From contig OY760175.1 in the NCBI GenBank assembly GCA_963663165.1, forward strand, positions 5,920,001 to 5,984,000: 64,000 bases of DNA, in the 5' to 3' direction. Position 1 is the stretch's first letter. The number at the start of each line of letters is the position of its first letter. Shown piece by piece: positions 61,342 to 64,000 of this stretch. This DNA comes from an uncultured Desulfospira sp. (GTDB taxonomy: Bacteria; Desulfobacterota; Desulfobacteria; Desulfobacterales; Desulfobacteraceae). The position numbers were made by a program, and so were the translations under genes. The notes under the pieces are model-generated. The model was not told the origin of the DNA, did not search any database, and worked only from the letters and a program-made list of their open reading frames with translations.

Positions 61342-62924
61342 TGGATTATTTAATTAAAGACGCAACCCTTGTAGATGGTTCGGGGGATCCCGCTTTCAGG
61401 GCGGATATTGCTGTATCCGGCGATAGAATCAGCATGGTTAAAGCGTGCAGCGGTGCATCGGCCCGGACGGTCATCGAGGCTGCCGGAAAAATTGTCTGTC
61501 CCGGTTTTATTGATATGCACAGCCACTCTGATGTTCTGTTTTCCAACGGGGATCTGATCTCCCATAAAGTTTTTCAAGGCGTTACAACCGAGATCATCGG
61601 CCAGGACGGCATCTCCGCAGCGCCCCTCACCAGCGAATCCATTGACTTTATGGCCGAAATCATTGAGCCCTTGGGCGGAAAGGTTGAGGGCGGATGGCAG
61701 CCCTGGGATATGGACGGCTTTCTATGTGCCATTGCCCGCCGAAAAGCCGATCTGAACGTCATGACCCTGACCGGCCACTGCAACCTGAGGATGGCGGCAA
61801 TGGGCCACACCATGGCCGCCGCCTCCGACCAGGACCTGAAGCTTATGGGCAGCCTGCTGGCCAAAAGTTTTGAACAGGGGTCTGCAGGGCTTTCCCTGGG
61901 GTTGATTTATCCGCCCAGCAGCTATTCAAATGTCGATGAATTGATCCATCTTGGGAAAACAGTGAAGCAATACGACGGCATCATGGTTTCCCATATTCGC
62001 AATGAGATGGACAAGGTCCTGGATGCCCTGGAAGAGATGATCGCCATCGGTGAGGAGAGCGGCTGTAAAATTCATATTTCCCATTTAAAGTGCATGGGCA
62101 AAAGCAACTGGGGCAAGATGCCCCAGATCCTGGCACGCATTGACAAGGCTCTGAATCAGGGGGTTGCCATCTCCTTTGACCAATACCCTTATGATGCATC
62201 AAGCACCTCGCTTTCCCTTTTACTGCCGGGCTGGGCCATGGAAGGCGGGTGGCAGGGATTTAAAAAAACGGCCGGTGATCCGGCCCATAAAAGCAACATT
62301 TTGTCCCAGATTCAACAGACCATCCATCAAAGAGGGGGCGCCGGAGCCATCACCATTGCCTCGGTTCAAAGCGATAATGCCCCGAACCTGACCGGCAGAA
62401 CCATTTTGGAATTGTCCCGGAGCCGGGGGATTTCCGAAGCGGAGACGGTTTTTGACATTTTGTACCAGGAACAACTGCGGGTCATTGCCATTTATCATGC
62501 CATGGATGAAACGGATGTGGAATGTGCCATGACCCATCCCTTGCATACCGTTGGCAGTGACGGTGTCCTCGGGGATTTTCCCCACCCCCGGGCATATGGC
62601 ACCTTTCCGCGAATTCTACAGCATTATTGCGGTGAAAGGCGATTGTTCCCTCTGGAAAAGGCCATCCGGAAAATGACCTCAACCCCGGCGAAGGTCATGG
62701 GCATTAAGGATCGCGGCTGCATTAAAGAGGGCCAATATGCCGATCTGCTGATTTTTGAAAAAGACAAATTTATTGGAAACGCCACTTATAATGAGCCCAA
62801 ACAATTTGCTTCCGGGCTTGAATGGGTATTTCTCAACGGAAAGCCCCTGATCGAAAACGGGGTTAGACAAAAGAGTTTTCCAGGATATGTCCTTAAAAAG
62901 GAATCATTAATAATTAACCAATAG
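61338..62924 (+). CDS. N-acyl-D-amino-acid deacylase (D-aminoacylase family amidohydrolase)
   Basis: PGFIDMHSHSD, QGVTTEIIGQDG, SHIRNE, HISH, GSDG, HPRAYGTFPR. Confidence 0.92.
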   Translation: MMDYLIKDATLVDGSGDPAFRADIAVSGDRISMVKACSGASARTVIEAAGKIVCPGFIDMHSHSDVLFSNGDLISHKVFQGVTTEIIGQDGISAAPLTSESIDFMAEIIEPLGGKVEGGWQPWDMDGFLCAIARRKADLNVMTLTGHCNLRMAAMGHTMAAASDQDLKLMGSLLAKSFEQGSAGLSLGLIYPPSSYSNVDELIHLGKTVKQYDGIMVSHIRNEMDKVLDALEEMIAIGEESGCKIHISHLKCMGKSNWGKMPQILARIDKALNQGVAISFDQYPYDASSTSLSLLLPGWAMEGGWQGFKKTAGDPAHKSNILSQIQQTIHQRGGAGAITIASVQSDNAPNLTGRTILELSRSRGISEAETVFDILYQEQLRVIAIYHAMDETDVECAMTHPLHTVGSDGVLGDFPHPRAYGTFPRILQHYCGERRLFPLEKAIRKMTSTPAKVMGIKDRGCIKEGQYADLLIFEKDKFIGNATYNEPKQFASGLEWVFLNGKPLIENGVRQKSFPGYVLKKESLIINQ

Positions 62925-62934
62925 GAGGTAAGCA

Positions 62935-64000
62935 ATGTTCAGAAGAAAGACATCCAACTGCCGGTTCACCTGGTTGGTCAGTATGCTTGTTGTTTTTTGT
63001 GTGGCCGGGGGCATGGCCAATGCCAAACCCATCACGTTGACTTTGGCAGACTCTACCGCTCCCGTGGGGCTCAGGGGCGAGGGGGTGAAAATTCTTGTGG
63101 AAGAAATTGAAAAACAGACAAATGGTCAGGTAAAAATCCATGTCCACTGGGGAAATTCACTGCTGAAGGCAAAAGAAATACTGGGCGGCATACAGAACGG
63201 CATCGTTGACGTGGGGTTTGTCAATCCCAACTATTATCCCAAACAGATGATTGTCAGCGGCGCTTTTTCACTGTTCCCCCAGGGGCCTAAAGCGTTCAGC
63301 AACATGGCCTGGTTTTATGAACAATGCTTTAATAACATCCCTCAGTTGAAAGCCGAATTTGAAAAACTCAAGTTAAAACCCATTTATACCAACACCGTTT
63401 TACCCGTATCCATTGTCTCTACCCAGCCGTTTACGAAATTTGAAGATTTTAAGGGGAAACGGATTCGTGCGGCCAGCCGCTGGTGGCTTGGGCAATTGAA
63501 AGGCGCCGGTGCCGTCCCTGTGTCCATTCCCTGGGGCGACTGCTACATGGCCCTGCAGACCGGTTCCATAGAAGGGGTATACACCAACCGGGATGGTGAA
63601 CACAGGACCAAACTCGATGAGGTGGCCAAACATGTCTATACCTGCAGGGAGTTGTGGGTGGGCGCCCCTTTTATTTACGCCATGAAAACCGATAAGTGGA
63701 ACGCTCTTTCAAAAGAGATCCAGGATCAGATCACCGCGGCCGGAAACTCCGCTGCCAAAAGATTTCAGGATTTGTATGAATCTGAATGGGCCAAGACCGA
63801 AGCCGCCCAAAAAGAGATGGGATGCACCATTACGGCGGCTTCTGCCGGCGATATTGAAAAATGGGTCACCATGCCCGTCATTAAAGAGCTTCAGGATGAA
63901 TGGGTAAAAGAGACCGGGGATGCCGGTGTTTCCCACCCGGAGCAAGTCATTGCAGAAATGAATGCCTTTCTGGAACAAGCCATTGCAAAGGACAATCCAT
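62935..64000 (+). CDS. dctP: TRAP transporter substrate-binding protein (stop just outside window)
   Basis: Manual translation: signal peptide, IEKQTNGQVKIHVHWGNSLL, DFKGKRIR, GAVPVSIPWGDCYMALQTG; AGGAGG RBS. Confidence 0.9.
   Translation, partial: MFRRKTSNCRFTWLVSMLVVFCVAGGMANAKPITLTLADSTAPVGLRGEGVKILVEEIEKQTNGQVKIHVHWGNSLLKAKEILGGIQNGIVDVGFVNPNYYPKQMIVSGAFSLFPQGPKAFSNMAWFYEQCFNNIPQLKAEFEKLKLKPIYTNTVLPVSIVSTQPFTKFEDFKGKRIRAASRWWLGQLKGAGAVPVSIPWGDCYMALQTGSIEGVYTNRDGEHRTKLDEVAKHVYTCRELWVGAPFIYAMKTDKWNALSKEIQDQITAAGNSAAKRFQDLYESEWAKTEAAQKEMGCTITAASAGDIEKWVTMPVIKELQDEWVKETGDAGVSHPEQVIAEMNAFLEQAIAKDNP

Overview
This 64 kb window looks like a Desulfobacteraceae-type (sulfate-reducing Desulfobacterota) chromosome; the taxonomy is an impression from gene content, not a database result. 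Housekeeping blocks are recN-purN-polA-nadK and tRNA-Val-ispB-rimO-htpG-thyX. They alternate with accessory regions: (i) a sigma54 two-component operon with a DUF2202 ferritin-like gene; (ii) a ~16 kb defence/decay island at the 3' end of tRNA-Val (type I R-M, IetAS-like AAA+S8 pair, FitAB/VapBC, ParDE with a dead toxin, gene remnants); (iii) an ISKra4/ISLre2-like IS carrying DUF4338, nested inside a MITE; (iv) a ~9.5 kb cluster of secreted phosphoesterases; (v) a RIT (three tyrosine recombinase) element with cargo and exact ends; (vi) an RpiR / D-aminoacylase / TRAP-DctP catabolic operon. The most striking candidate new system is (iv), 41996-51868. Two dockerin-bearing metallophosphatases and a 5'-nucleotidase are interleaved with two small PEP-CTERM-type surface-anchored proteins, one of them cohesin-like. 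All four transcription units share an upstream 7-4-7 direct-repeat box. This suggests a cellulosome-style, exosortase-anchored phosphate-scavenging complex in a Gram-negative anaerobe. Separately, an ~80 nt two-hairpin element occurs three times, each time just 5' of a gene. All family assignments come from motif recognition by eye; no searches were run.
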